A stretch of 46,639 bases of DNA from a virus (taxonomy: Duplodnaviria > Heunggongvirae > Uroviricota > Caudoviricetes), in the IMG/VR virus record IMGVR_UViG_2529293141_000012. One strand, given 5' to 3'. A program made the position numbers and the translations under genes. Below are positions 18,354 through 33,004 of this stretch, in pieces. How positions within the stretch are numbered: position 1 is the first letter of the stretch; each line of letters opens with the position of its first letter. The notes below the pieces were generated by a model, which worked only from the letters and a program-made list of their open reading frames with translations, had not been told where the DNA came from and did not search any database.

Positions 18354-18811
18354 ACAGAGTAACCGCGATTATCTCCGCTCTGGTTATCTGCATCATCGTC
18401 TGCCTGTCATGGGCTGTTAATCATTACCGTGATAACGCCATTACCTACAAAGCCCAGCGCGACAAAAATGCCAGAGAACTGAAGCTGGCGAACGCGGCAA
18501 TTACTGACATGCAGATGCGCCAGCGTGATGTTGCTGCACTGGATGAAAAATACACGAAGGAGTTAGCTAATGCGAAAGCTGAAAATGATGCTCTGCGTGA
18601 TGGTGTTGCCGCTGGTCGTCGTCGGTTGCACATCAAAGCAGTCTGTCAGTCAGTGCGTGAAGCCACCACCGCCTCCGGCGTGGATAATGCAGCCTCCCCC
18701 CGACTGGCAGACACCGCTGAACGGGATTATTTCACCCTCAGAGAGAGGCTGATCACTATGCAAAAACAACTGGAAGGAACCCAGAAGTATATTAATGAGC
18801 AGTGCAGATAG
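18350..18811 (+). CDS. Inner-membrane spanin Rz
   Basis: 153 aa from the ATG at 18350; N-terminal TM helix, coiled coil; overlaps the endolysin stop. Confidence 0.85.
   Translation: MNRVTAIISALVICIIVCLSWAVNHYRDNAITYKAQRDKNARELKLANAAITDMQMRQRDVAALDEKYTKELANAKAENDALRDGVAAGRRRLHIKAVCQSVREATTASGVDNAASPRLADTAERDYFTLRERLITMQKQLEGTQKYINEQCR
18570..18752 (+). CDS. Outer-membrane lipoprotein spanin Rz1, embedded in Rz (+1 frame)
   Basis: 60 aa, lipobox LVVVGC, proline-rich ([15 protein letters not shown]). Confidence 0.8.
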   Translation: MRKLKMMLCVMVLPLVVVGCTSKQSVSQCVKPPPPPAWIMQPPPDWQTPLNGIISPSERG

Positions 18812-18845
18812 AGCTGCCCATGTCGATGGGCAACTCATGCAATTA

Positions 18846-19136
18846 TTATGAGCAATACACCCGCGCTTCCAGCGGAGTATAAATGCCTAAAGTAATAAAA
18901 CCGAGCAATCCATTTACGAATGTTTGCTGGGTTTCTGTTTTAACAACATTTTCTGCGCCGCCACAAATTTTGGCTGCATCAACAGTTTTCTCCTGTCCAA
19001 TTCCCGAAACGAAGAAATGATGGGTGATGGTTTCCTTTGGTGTTACTGCTGTCGGTTTGTTTCCAACAGTAAACGTCTGTTGAGCACATCCTGTAATAAG
19101 CATTGCCAGAGCGGCAGAAAACAACATTTTTTTCAT
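18846..19136 (-). CDS. bor: Bor lipoprotein (serum-resistance-associated)
   Basis: MKKMLFSAALAMLITGCAQQTFTV…EARVYCS matches lambda Bor; ATG at 19136 preceded by AGGA. Confidence 0.9.
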   Translation of the reverse strand: MKKMLFSAALAMLITGCAQQTFTVGNKPTAVTPKETITHHFFVSGIGQEKTVDAAKICGGAENVVKTETQQTFVNGLLGFITLGIYTPLEARVYCS

Positions 19137-19501
19137 CTTATTATCCTGCATTGTTAAAAACGGCAGAATCCTATGTGACAACAATTAAACGATAGTTAAA
19201 TGGATTGATGAAAATTAAAACTAAAACTATATAGGTGGATGCTCAGCCTATTGGAGGAGGGGGGCACTCAGAATCCTGTGGAATGAAATAAACCGCTCTA
19301 TCTGTCCATTACCCTTTTAGCTGCGCTGTATCGTCGCCGTATTCCCGCATTAACCATGACCGTAGCCCGACGGGGAATTCCTTCTGCGTGAGTGTGCGGG
19401 AATAATCAAAAACGATGCACACCGGGTTTTACTGTGCTGACAGACGCAGGGTTACCCTCATAGTCGCTTTTCCGGTGCGATGGTGGAAGAAACCGGGATG
19501 T

Positions 19502-19696
19502 TTATTCATCATCACTTTGGATTGATGTATATGCTCTCTTTTCTGACGTTAGTCTCCGACGGCAGGCTTCAATGACCCAGGCTGAGAAATTCCCAGACCC
19601 TTTTTGCTCAAGAGCGATGTTAATTTGTTCAATCATTTGGTTAGGAAAGCGGATGTTGCGGGTTGTTGTTCTGCGGGTTCTGTTCTTAGTTGACAT
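19502..19696 (-). CDS. Small basic protein (64 aa), possibly YlcI/DUF3950-like
   Basis: ORF between bor and cos; family assignment is from memory and uncertain. Confidence 0.45.
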   Translation of the reverse strand: MSTKNRTRRTTTRNIRFPNQMIEQINIALEQKGSGNFSAWVIEACRRRLTSEKRAYTSIQSDDE

Positions 19697-19849
19697 GAGG
19701 TTGCCCCGTATTCAGTGTCGCTGATTTGTATTGTCTGAAGTTGTTTTTACGTTAAGTTGATGCAGATCAATTAATACGATACCTGCGTCATAATTGATTA
19801 TTTGACGTGGTTTGATGGCCTCCACGCACGTTGTGATATGTAGATGATA

Positions 19850-20084
19850 ATCATTATCACTTTACGGGTCCTTTCCGGTGATCCGACAGGTTACGGGGCG
19901 GCGACCTCGCGGGTTTTCGCTATTTATGAAAATTTTCCGGTTTAAGGCGTTTCCGTTCTTCTTTGTCGTAACTTAATGTTTTTATTTAAAATACCCTCTG
20001 AAAAGAAAGGAAGCGACAGGTGCTGAAAGCGAGCTTTTTGGCCTCTGTCGTTTCCTTTCTCTGTTTTTGTCCGTGGAATGAACA
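19850..20084 (+). other. cos region: cosN 12-nt cohesive end GGGCGGCGACCT at about 19895-19906, cosB up to nu1
   Basis: ACGGGGCGGCGACCTCGCGGGTTTTCGCTATTTATGAAAATTTTCCGG… matches the recalled lambda left-end sequence; nu1 ATG lies 190 nt downstream as in lambda. Confidence 0.85.
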
Positions 20085-20604
20085 ATGGAAGTCAACAAAA
20101 AGCAGCTGGCTGACATTTTCGGTGCGAGTATCCGTACCATTCAGAACTGGCAGGAACAGGGAATGCCCGTTCTGCGAGGCGGTGGCAAGGGTAATGAGGT
20201 GCTTTATGACTCTGCCGCCGTCATAAAATGGTATGCCGAAAGGGATGCTGAAATTGAGAACGAAAAGCTGCGCCGGGAGGTTGAAGAACTGCGGCAGGCC
20301 AGCGAGGCAGATCTCCAGCCAGGGACTATTGAGTACGAACGCCATCGACTTACGCGTGCGCAGGCCGACGCACAGGAACTGAAGAATGCCAGAGACTCCG
20401 CTGAAGTGGTGGAAACCGCATTCTGTACTTTCGTGTTGTCGCGGATCGCAGGTGAAATTGCCAGTATTCTCGACGGGATCCCCCTGTCGGTGCAGCGGCG
20501 TTTTCCGGAACTGGAAAACCGACATGTTGATTTCCTGAAACGGGATATCATCAAAGCCATGAACAAAGCAGCCGCGCTGGATGAACTGATACCGGGGTTG
20601 CTGA

Positions 20605-20630
<26 letters not shown>
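20085..20630 (+). CDS. nu1: Terminase small subunit Nu1
   Basis: 181 aa, MEVNKKQLADIFGASIRTIQNWQEQGMPVLRGGGKGNEVLYD… matches lambda. Confidence 0.97.
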
Positions 20631-24311
<3,681 letters not shown>

Positions 24312-24331
<20 letters not shown>

Positions 24332-25631
24332 TCTCCCGCATATTGCCAGCATGGCCTTTAATGAGCCGCTTATGCTTGAACCCGCCTATGCGCGGGTTTT
24401 CTTTTGTGCGCTTGCAGGCCAGCTTGGGATCAGCCGCCTGACGGATGCGGTGTCCGGTGACAGCCTGACTGCCGGAGAGGCACCCGCGAAGCTGGCGTTA
24501 TCCGTTAATGATGACGGACCACGACAGGCCCGCAGTTATCAGGTCATGAACGGCATCGCCGTGCTGCCGGTTTCCGGCACGCTGGTCAGCCGGACGCGGG
24601 CGCTGCAGCCGTATTCGGGGATGACCGGTTACAACGGCATTATCGCCCGTCTGCAACAGGCTGCCAGCGACCCGATGGTGGACGGCATTCTGCTGGATAT
24701 GGACACGCCCGGCGGAATGGTGGCAGGGGCATTTGACTGCGCTGACATCATCGTCCGTGTGCGTGACATAAAGCCGGTATGGGCGCTGGCCAATGACATG
24801 AACTGCAGCGCAGGTCAGCTGCTTGCCAGTGCCGCCTCCCGGCGTCTGGTCACGCAGACCGCCCGGACAGGCTCCATCGGCGTCATGATGGCTCACAGTA
24901 ATTACGGTGCTGCGCTGGAGAAACAGGGCGTGGAAATCACGCTGATTTACAGCGGCAGCCATAAGGTGGATGGCAACCCCTACAGCCATCTACCGGATGA
25001 TGTCCGGGAAACACTGCAGTCCCGGATGGATGCAACCCGCCGGATGTTTGCACAGAAGGTGTCGGCATATACCGGCCTGTCCGTGCAGGCTGTGCTGGAT
25101 ACCGAGGCTGCAGTGTACAGCGGTCAGGAGGCCATTGATGCCGGACTGGCTGATGAACTTGTTAACAGTACCGATGCGATCACCATCATGCGTGATGCAC
25201 TGGATGCACGTAAATCCCGTCTCTCAGGAGGGCGAATGACCAAAGAGACTCAATCAACAACTGTTTCAGCCACTGCTTCGCAGGCTGACGTTACTGGCGT
25301 GGTGCAAGCGACGGAGGGCGAGAACGCCAGCGCGGCGCAGCCGGACGTGAACGCGCAGATCACCGCAGCTGTTGCGGCAGAAAACAGTCGCATTATGGGG
25401 ATCCTCAACTGTGAGGAGGCTCACGGACGCGAAGAACAGGCACGCGTGCTGGCCGAAACCCCCGGTATGACCGTGGAAACGGCCCGCCGTATTCTGGCCG
25501 CAGCACCACAGAGTGCACAGGCGCGCAGTGACACTGCGCTGGATCGTCTGATGCAGGGGGCACCGGCACCGCTGGCTGCAGGTAACCCGGCATCTGATGC
25601 CGTTAACGATTTGCTGAACACACCAGTGTAA
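24312..25631 (+). CDS. C: Capsid assembly protease C
   Basis: GTG at 24312 gives VTAELRNLPHIASMAF… (439 aa, the lambda gpC length); the ORF track begins at an upstream in-frame GTG at 24177. Confidence 0.9.
25026..25631 (+). CDS. nu3: Scaffolding protein Nu3 (in-frame internal start within C)
   Basis: ATG at 25026 (MDATRRMFAQKV…) at the same offset as lambda nu3 within C. Confidence 0.7.
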   Translation: MDATRRMFAQKVSAYTGLSVQAVLDTEAAVYSGQEAIDAGLADELVNSTDAITIMRDALDARKSRLSGGRMTKETQSTTVSATASQADVTGVVQATEGENASAAQPDVNAQITAAVAAENSRIMGILNCEEAHGREEQARVLAETPGMTVETARRILAAAPQSAQARSDTALDRLMQGAPAPLAAGNPASDAVNDLLNTPV

Positions 25632-25640
25632 GGGATGTTT

Positions 25641-25973
25641 ATGACGAGCAAAGAAACCTTTACCCATTACCAGCCGCTGGGCAACAGTGACCCGGCTCAT
25701 ACCGCAACCGCGCCCGGCGGATTGAGTGCGAAAGCGCCTGCAATGACCCCGCTGATGCTGAACACCTCCACCCGTAAGCTGGTTGCGTGGGATGGCACCA
25801 CCGACGGTGCTGCCGTTGGCATTCTTGCGGTTGCTGCTGACCAGACCAGCACCACACTGACGTTCTACAAGTCCGGCACGTTCCGTTATGAGGATGTGCT
25901 CTGGCCGGAGGCTGCCAGCGACGAGACGAAAAAACGGACCGCGTTTGCCGGAACGGCAATCAGCATCGTTTAA
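25641..25973 (+). CDS. D: Head decoration protein D
   Basis: 110 aa from the ATG at 25641, [27 protein letters not shown]… matches lambda gpD. Confidence 0.95.
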   Translation: MTSKETFTHYQPLGNSDPAHTATAPGGLSAKAPAMTPLMLNTSTRKLVAWDGTTDGAAVGILAVAADQTSTTLTFYKSGTFRYEDVLWPEAASDETKKRTAFAGTAISIV

Positions 25974-26028
25974 CCTGACCCTTCATCACTAAAGGCCGCC
26001 TGTGCGGCTTTTTTTACGGGATTTTTTT

Positions 26029-27046
26029 ATGTCGATGTACACAACCGCCCAACTGCTGGCGGCAAATGAGCAGAAATTTAAGTTTGATCCGCTGTTTCTG
26101 CGTCTCTTTTTCCGTGAGAGCTATCCCTTCACCACGGAGAAAGTCTATCTCTCACAAATTCCGGGACTGGTAAACATGGCGCTGTACGTTTCGCCGATTG
26201 TTTCCGGTGAGGTTATCCGCTCCCGTGGCGGCTCCACCTCTGAATTTACGCCGGGATATGTCAAACCCAAGCATGAGGTGAATCCGCAGATGACCCTGCG
26301 TCGCCTGCCGGATGAAGATCCGCAGAATCTGGCGGACCCGGCTTACCGCCGCCGTCGCATCATCATGCAGAACATGCGTGACGAAGAGCTGGCCATTGCT
26401 CAGGTCGAAGAGATGCAGGCAGTTTCTGCCGTGCTTAAGGGCAAATACACCATGACCGGTGAAGCCTTCGATCCGGTTGAGGTGGATATGGGCCGCAGTG
26501 CGGCGAACAACATCACACAGTCCGGCGTCACGGAGTGGAGCAAGCGTGACAAGTCCACGTATGACCCGACCGACGATATCGAAGCCTACGCGCTGAACGC
26601 CAGCGGTGTGGTGAATATCATCGTGTTTGACCCGAAAGGCTGGGCGCTGTTCCGTTCCTTCAAAGCCGTCAAGGAGAAGCTGGATACCCGTCGCGGCTCT
26701 CATTCCGAGCTGGAGACAGCGGTAAAAGACCTGGGCAAAGCGGTGTCCTATAAGGGAATGTATGGCGATGTGGCCATCGTCGTGTATTCCGGACAGTACG
26801 TGGAAAACGGCGTCAAAAAGAACTTCCTGCCGGACAACACGATGGTGCTGGGGAACACTCATGCACGCGGTCTGCGCACCTATGGCTGTATTCAGGATGC
26901 GGATGCATTGAGTGAGGGTATTAATGCGTCTCCCCGTTATCCGAAAAACTGGAAGACATCCGGCGCGAGAGTTCACCATGATTCAGTCAGCACCGCTGAT
27001 GCTGCTGGCTGATCCTGATGAGTTCGTGTCCGTTCAACTGGCGTAA
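26029..27046 (+). pseudogene. E: Major capsid protein E, apparent frameshift near the 3' end (in-frame ORF stops at 27012)
   Basis: MSMYTTAQLLAANEQKFKFDP… matches lambda gpE to about residue 310, then reads KTSGARVHHDSVSTADAAG*; the lambda-like C-terminus AREFTMIQSAPLMLLADPDEFVSVQLA is encoded in the +1 frame ending 27044-27046; total length 8 nt short of lambda. Confidence 0.6.
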
Positions 27047-27087
27047 TCATGGCCCTTCGGGGCCATTGTCTCTCTGTGGAGGAGTCC

Positions 27088-27483
27088 ATGACGAAAGATG
27101 AACTGATTGCCCGTCTCCGGTCGCTGGGTGAGCAACTGAACCGTGATGTCAGCCTGACGGGGACGAAAGAAGAACTGGCGCTCCGTGTGGCAGAGCTGGA
27201 AGAGGAGCTTGATGACACGGATGACGCAGCCGGTCAGGACACGTCTGTCAGCCCGGAAAATGCGCTGACCGGACATGAAAATGAGGTGGTATCAGCACAG
27301 ACGGATACCGTGACTGATACGGCTGCTCTGGTCACGGTTGTGGCACTGGTGACGCTGCATACCGATGCACTTCACGCCACGCGGGATGAACCTGTGGCAT
27401 TTGTGCTGCCGGGAACGGCGTTCCGTGTCTCTGCCGGTGTGGCAGCTGAAATGACAGCGCGCGGCCTGGCCAGAATGCAATAA
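27088..27483 (+). CDS. FI: DNA-packaging protein FI
   Basis: 132 aa from the ATG at 27088 (SD GGAGG), MTKDELIARLRSLGEQLNRDVSLTGTKEELALRVAELEEELDD…. Confidence 0.9.
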   Translation: MTKDELIARLRSLGEQLNRDVSLTGTKEELALRVAELEEELDDTDDAAGQDTSVSPENALTGHENEVVSAQTDTVTDTAALVTVVALVTLHTDALHATRDEPVAFVLPGTAFRVSAGVAAEMTARGLARMQ

Positions 27484-27494
27484 CGGGAGGCGCT

Positions 27495-27848
27495 GTGGCT
27501 GATTTCGATAACCTGTTCGATGCTGCCATTGCCCGCGCCGATGAAACGATACGCGGGTACATGGGAACGTCAGCCACCATGACATCCGGTGAGCAGTCCG
27601 GCGCAGTAATACGTGGTGTTTTTGATGACCCTGAAAATATCAGCTATGCCGGACAGGGCGTGCGCGTTGAAGGCTCCAGCCCGTCCCTGTTTGTCCGGAC
27701 TGATGATGTGCGGCAGCTGCGGCGTGGAGACACGCTGACCATCGGTGAGGAAAACTTCTGGGTAGATCGGGTTACGCCGGATGATGGCGGAAGCTGTCAT
27801 CTCTGGCTTGGGCGGGGGGTACCGCCTGCCGTTAACCGTCGCCGCTGA
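27495..27848 (+). CDS. FII: Head-tail connector protein FII
   Basis: 117 aa, matches lambda. Confidence 0.95.
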   Translation: MADFDNLFDAAIARADETIRGYMGTSATMTSGEQSGAVIRGVFDDPENISYAGQGVRVEGSSPSLFVRTDDVRQLRRGDTLTIGEENFWVDRVTPDDGGSCHLWLGRGVPPAVNRRR

Positions 27849-27859
27849 AAGGGGGATGT

Positions 27860-28438
27860 ATGGCCATAAAAGGTCTTGAGCAGGCCGTTGAAAACCTCAG
27901 CCGTATCAGCAAAACGGCGGTGCCTGGTGCCGCCGCAATGGCCATTAACCGCGTTGCTTCATCCGCGATATCGCAGTCGGCGTCACAGGTTGCCCGTGAG
28001 ACAAAGGTGCGCCGGAAACTGGTAAAGGAAAGGGCCAGGCTGAAAAGGGCCACGGTCAAAAATCCGCAGGCCAGAATCAAAGTTAACCGGGGGGATTTGC
28101 CCGTAATCAAGCTGGGTAACGCGCGGGTTGTCCTGTCCCGACGCAGGCGTCGTAAAAAGGGGCAGCGTTCAGCCCTGAAAGGTGGCGGCAGCGTGCTTGT
28201 GGTGGGAAACCGTCGTATTCCCGGCGCGTTTATTCAGCAACTGAAAAACGGCCGGTGGCATGTTATGCAGCGTGTGGCCGGGAAAAACCGTTACCCCATT
28301 GATGTAGTGAAAATCCCGATGGCGGTGCCGCTGACCACGGCGTTTAAACAGAATATTGAACGGATACGGCGTGAACGTCTTCCGAAAGAGCTGGGCTATG
28401 CGCTGCAGCATCAACTGAGAATGGTAATAAAGCGATGA
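27860..28438 (+). CDS. Z: Tail completion protein Z
   Basis: 192 aa, matches lambda. Confidence 0.95.
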   Translation: MAIKGLEQAVENLSRISKTAVPGAAAMAINRVASSAISQSASQVARETKVRRKLVKERARLKRATVKNPQARIKVNRGDLPVIKLGNARVVLSRRRRRKKGQRSALKGGGSVLVVGNRRIPGAFIQQLKNGRWHVMQRVAGKNRYPIDVVKIPMAVPLTTAFKQNIERIRRERLPKELGYALQHQLRMVIKR

Positions 28439-28830
28439 AACATACTGAACTCCGTGCAGCCGTACTGGATGCACTGGAGAAGCATGACACCGGGGCGACG
28501 TTTTTTGATGGTCGCCCCGCTGTTTTTGATGAGGCGGATTTTCCGGCAGTTGCCGTTTATCTCACCGGCGCTGAATACACGGGCGAAGAGCTGGACAGCG
28601 ATACCTGGCAGGCGGAGCTGCATATCGAAGTTTTCCTGCCTGCTCAGGTGCCGGATTCAGAGCTGGATGCGTGGATGGAGTCCCGGATTTATCCGGTGAT
28701 GAGTGATATCCCGGCACTGTCAGATTTGATCACCAGTATGGTGGCCAGCGGCTATGACTACCGGCGCGACGATGATGCGGGCCTGTGGAGTTCAGCCGAT
28801 CTGACTTATGTCATTACCTATGAAATGTGA
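28435..28830 (+). CDS. U: Tail terminator protein U
   Basis: 131 aa, matches lambda. Confidence 0.95.
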   Translation: MKHTELRAAVLDALEKHDTGATFFDGRPAVFDEADFPAVAVYLTGAEYTGEELDSDTWQAELHIEVFLPAQVPDSELDAWMESRIYPVMSDIPALSDLITSMVASGYDYRRDDDAGLWSSADLTYVITYEM

Positions 28831-28837
28831 GGACGAT

Positions 28838-29578
28838 ATGCCTGTACCAAATCCAGTAATGCCGGTGAAAGGGGCCGGGACCACCCTGTGGGTTTATAAG
28901 GGGAGCGGTGACCCTTATGCGAACCCGCTTTCAGACGTTGACTGGTCGCGTCTGGCTAAAGTTAAAGACCTGACGCCCGGCGAACTGACCGCTGAGTCCT
29001 ATGACGACAGCTATCTCGATGATGAAGATGCAGACTGGACCGCGACCGGGCAGGGGCAGAAATCTGCCGGAGATACCAGCTTCACGCTGGCGTGGATGCC
29101 CGGAGAGCAGGGGCAGCAGGCGCTGCTGGCGTGGTTTAATGAAGGCGATACCCGTGCCTATAAAATCCGCTTCCCGAACGGCACGGTCGATGTGTTCCGT
29201 GGCTGGGTCAGCAGTATCGGTAAGGCGGTGACGGCGAAGGAAGTGATCACCCGCACGGTGAAAGTCACCAATGTGGGACGTCCGTCGATGGCAGAAGATC
29301 GCAGCACGGTAACAGCGGCAACCGGTATGACCGTGACGCCTGCCAGCGCTTCCGTAGTGAAAGGGAAGAGCACCACGCTGACCGTGGCATTCCAGCCGGA
29401 AGGCGCAACCGACAAGAGCTTCCGTGCGGTGTCAGCGGATAAAACAAAAGCCACCGTGTCGGTCAGTGGTATGACCATCACCGTGAATGGCGTTGCTGCA
29501 GGTAAGGTCAACATTCCGGTCGTATCCGGTAATGGTGAGTTTGCTGCGGTTGCAGAAATCACCGTCACCGCCAGTTAA
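28838..29578 (+). CDS. V: Major tail tube protein V
   Basis: 246 aa from the ATG at 28838, [36 protein letters not shown]…. Confidence 0.95.
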   Translation: MPVPNPVMPVKGAGTTLWVYKGSGDPYANPLSDVDWSRLAKVKDLTPGELTAESYDDSYLDDEDADWTATGQGQKSAGDTSFTLAWMPGEQGQQALLAWFNEGDTRAYKIRFPNGTVDVFRGWVSSIGKAVTAKEVITRTVKVTNVGRPSMAEDRSTVTAATGMTVTPASASVVKGKSTTLTVAFQPEGATDKSFRAVSADKTKATVSVSGMTITVNGVAAGKVNIPVVSGNGEFAAVAEITVTAS

Positions 29579-29593
29579 TCCGGAGAGTCAGAG

Positions 29594-30016
29594 ATGTTCC
29601 TGAAAACCGAATCATTTGAACATAACGGTGTGACCGTCACGCTTTCTGAACTGTCAGCCCTGCAGCGTATTGAGCATCTCGCCCTGATGAAACGGCAGGC
29701 AGAACAGGCGGAGTCAGACAGCAACCGGAAGTTTACTGTGGAAGACGCCATCAGAACCGGCGCGTTTCTGGTGGCGATGTCCCTGTGGCATAACCATCCG
29801 CAGAAGACGCAGATGCCGTCCATGAATGAAGCCGTTAAACAGATTGAGCAGGAAGTGCTTACCACCTGGCCCACGGAGGCAATTTCTCATGCTGAAAACG
29901 TGGTGTACCGGCTGTCTGGTATGTATGAGTTTGTTGTGAATAATACCCCTGAACAGACAGAGGACGCCGGGCCTGCAGAGCCTGTTTCTGCGGGAAAGTG
30001 TTCGACGGTGAGCTGA
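29594..30016 (+). CDS. G: Tail assembly chaperone G
   Basis: 140 aa, matches lambda gpG. Confidence 0.95.
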   Translation: MFLKTESFEHNGVTVTLSELSALQRIEHLALMKRQAEQAESDSNRKFTVEDAIRTGAFLVAMSLWHNHPQKTQMPSMNEAVKQIEQEVLTTWPTEAISHAENVVYRLSGMYEFVVNNTPEQTEDAGPAEPVSAGKCSTVS

Positions 30017-30432
30017 GTTTTGCCCTGAAACTGGCGCGTGAGATGGGGCGACCCGACTGGCGTGCCATGCTTGCCGGGATGTCATCCACGGAGTATGCCG
30101 ACTGGCACCGCTTTTACAGTACCCATTATTTTCATGATGTTCTGCTGGATATGCACTTTTCCGGGCTGACGTACACCGTGCTCAGCCTGTTTTTCAGCGA
30201 TCCGGATATGCATCCGCTGGATTTCAGTTTGCTGAACCGGCGCGAGGCTGACGAAGAGCCTGAAGATGATGTGCTGATGCAGAAAGCGGCAGGGCTTGCC
30301 GGAGGTGTCCGCTTTGGCCCGGACGGGAATGAAGTTATCCCTACTTCCCCGGATGTGGCGGACATGACGGAGGATGACGTAATGCTGATGACAGTATCAG
30401 AAGGGATCGCAGGAGGAGTCCGGTATGGCTGA
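29594..30432 (+). CDS. T: G-T fusion product via -1 programmed ribosomal frameshift near the 3' end of G
   Basis: T-frame ORF (29998-30432, …FDGELSFALKLAREMGRPDW…) overlaps the G 3' end; slippery GGGAAAG sequence at about 29990-29997, as in lambda. Confidence 0.8.
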
Positions 30433-33004
30433 ACCGGTAGGCGATCTGGTCGTTGATTTGAGTCTGGATGCGGCCAGATTTGACGAGCAGATGGCCAGAG
30501 TCAGGCGTCATTTTTCCGGTACGGAAAGTGATGCGAAAAAAACAGCGGCAGTCGTTGAACAGTCGCTGAGCCGACAGGCGCTGGCTGCACAGAAAGCGGG
30601 GATTTCCGTCGGGCAGTATAAAGCCGCCATGCGTATGCTGCCTGCACAGTTCACCGACGTGGCCACGCAGCTTGCAGGCGGGCAAAGTCCATGGCTGATC
30701 CTGCTGCAACAGGGTGGTCAGGTTAAGGACTCCTTCGGCGGGATGATCCCCATGTTTAGGGGGCTTGCCGGTGCGATCACCCTGCCGATGGTGGGGGCCA
30801 CCTCGCTGGCGGTGGCGACCGGTACGCTGGCGTATGCCTGGTATCAGGGCAACTCAACCCTGTCCGATTTCAACAAAACGCTGGTCCTTTCCGGCAATCA
30901 GGCGGGACTGACGGCAGATCGTATTCTGGCCCTGTCCAGAGCCGGGCAGGCGGCAGGGCTGACGTTTAACCAGACCAGCGAGTCACTGACGGCGCTGGTG
31001 AATGCCGGTGTGCGTGGTGGTGAGCAGTTTGAGGCGATCAGCCAGAGTGTGGCGCGTTTCTCCTCTGCATCCGGCGTGGAGGTGGACAAGGTCGCTGAAG
31101 CCTTCGGGAAGCTGACCACAGACCCGACGTCGGGACTGACAGCGATGGCACGTCAGTTCCATAACGTGACGGCGGAGCAGATTGCGTATGTTGCTCAGTT
31201 GCAGCGTTCCGGAGATGAAGCCGGGGCATTGCAGGCGGCGAACGAGGCCGCAACGAAAGGGTTTGATGACCAGACCCGCCGCCTGAAAGAGAACATGGGC
31301 ACGCTGGAGACCTGGGCAGACAGGACAGCACGGGCATTCAAATCCATGTGGGATTCGGTGCTGGATATTGGTCGCCCGGACACTGCCCGGGAAATGCTGG
31401 AGAAAGCAGAAAAGGCTTTTGATGAGGCGGACAAAAAATGGCAGTGGTATCAGAGCCGGAGCCACCGGCGCGGTAAAACATCCGCATTTCTTGCCAATCT
31501 CCGGGGAGCATGGGAGGACAGAGCGAATGCGCAACTTGGGCTTTCAGCCGCCACGTTGCAGGCCGATCTTGAAAAGGCCAGAGAGATGGCAGCAAAGGAC
31601 TGGGCCGAGTCTGAGGCATCACGGCTGAAATATACCGAAGAGGCGCAGAAGGCTTATGAACGCCTGCAGACGCCGCTGGAGAAATATACCGCCCGTCAGG
31701 AAGAACTGAACAAGGCACTGAAGGACGGGAAAATTCTGCAGGCAGATTACAACACGCTGATGGCGGCGGCGAAAAAGGACTATGAAGCGACGCTGAAAAA
31801 GCCGAAACAGTCCGGCGTGAAGGTGTCTGCGGGCGATCGTCAGGAAGACAGTGCTCATGCTGCCCTGCTGACGCTTCAGGCTGAACTCCGGACGCTGGAG
31901 AGGCATGCCGGAGCGAATGAGAAAATCAGCCAGCAGCGCCGGGATTTGTGGAAGGCGGAGAGTCAGTTCGCGGTACTGGAGGAGGCGGCGCAACGTCGCC
32001 AGCTGTCTGCACAGGAGAAATCCCTGCTGGCGCATAAAGATGAGACGCTGGAGTACAAACGCCAGCTGGCTGCACTTGGCGACAAGGTTACGTATCAGGA
32101 GCGCCTGAACGCGCTGGCGCAGCAGGCGGATAAATTCGCACAGCAGCAACGGGCAAAACGGGCCGCCATTGATGCGAAAAGCCGGGGGCTGACTGACCGG
32201 CAGGCAGAACGGGAAGCCACGGAACAGCGCCTGAAGGAACAGTATGGCGATAATCCGCTGGCGCTGAATAACGTCATGTCAGAGCAGAAAAAGACCTGGG
32301 CGGCTGAAGACCAGCTTCGCGGGAGCTGGATGGCAGGCCTGAAGTCCGGCTGGAGTGAGTGGGAAGAGAGCGCCACGGACAGTATGTCGCAGGTAAAAAG
32401 TGCAGCCACGCAGACCTTTGATGGTATTGCACAGAATATGGCGGCGATGCTGACCGGCAGTGAGCAGAACTGGCGCAGCTTCACCCGTTCCGTGCTGTCC
32501 ATGATGACAGAAATTCTGCTTAAGCAGGCAATGGTGGGGATTGTCGGGAGTATCGGCAGCGCCATTGGCGGGGCTGTTGGTGGCGGCGCATCCGCGTCAG
32601 GCGGTACAGCCATTCAGGCCGCTGCGGCGAAATTCCATTTTGCAACCGGAGGATTTACGGGAACCGGCGGCAAATATGAGCCAGCGGGGATTGTTCACCG
32701 TGGTGAGTTTGTCTTCACGAAGGAGGCAACCAGCCGGATTGGCGTGGGGAATCTTTACCGGCTGATGCGCGGCTATGCCACCGGCGGTTATGTCGGTACA
32801 CCGGGCAGCATGGCAGACAGCCGGTCGCAGGCGTCCGGGACGTTTGAGCAGAATAACCATGTGGTGATTAACAACGACGGCACGAACGGGCAGATAGGTC
32901 CGGCTGCTCTGAAGGCGGTGTATGACATGGCCCGCAAGGGTGCCCGTGATGAAATTCAGACACAGATGCGTGATGGTGGCCTGTTCTCCGGAGGTGGACG
33001 ATGA
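30425..33004 (+). CDS. H: Tail tape-measure protein H
   Basis: 859 aa, matches lambda gpH over most of its length. Confidence 0.97.
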   Translation: MAEPVGDLVVDLSLDAARFDEQMARVRRHFSGTESDAKKTAAVVEQSLSRQALAAQKAGISVGQYKAAMRMLPAQFTDVATQLAGGQSPWLILLQQGGQVKDSFGGMIPMFRGLAGAITLPMVGATSLAVATGTLAYAWYQGNSTLSDFNKTLVLSGNQAGLTADRILALSRAGQAAGLTFNQTSESLTALVNAGVRGGEQFEAISQSVARFSSASGVEVDKVAEAFGKLTTDPTSGLTAMARQFHNVTAEQIAYVAQLQRSGDEAGALQAANEAATKGFDDQTRRLKENMGTLETWADRTARAFKSMWDSVLDIGRPDTAREMLEKAEKAFDEADKKWQWYQSRSHRRGKTSAFLANLRGAWEDRANAQLGLSAATLQADLEKAREMAAKDWAESEASRLKYTEEAQKAYERLQTPLEKYTARQEELNKALKDGKILQADYNTLMAAAKKDYEATLKKPKQSGVKVSAGDRQEDSAHAALLTLQAELRTLERHAGANEKISQQRRDLWKAESQFAVLEEAAQRRQLSAQEKSLLAHKDETLEYKRQLAALGDKVTYQERLNALAQQADKFAQQQRAKRAAIDAKSRGLTDRQAEREATEQRLKEQYGDNPLALNNVMSEQKKTWAAEDQLRGSWMAGLKSGWSEWEESATDSMSQVKSAATQTFDGIAQNMAAMLTGSEQNWRSFTRSVLSMMTEILLKQAMVGIVGSIGSAIGGAVGGGASASGGTAIQAAAAKFHFATGGFTGTGGKYEPAGIVHRGEFVFTKEATSRIGVGNLYRLMRGYATGGYVGTPGSMADSRSQASGTFEQNNHVVINNDGTNGQIGPAALKAVYDMARKGARDEIQTQMRDGGLFSGGGR

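Noticed and set aside
19986-20525. 179-aa minus-strand ORF overlapping cosB and nu1
   Set aside because: Antisense to Nu1 and crossing the cos site; no coding support.
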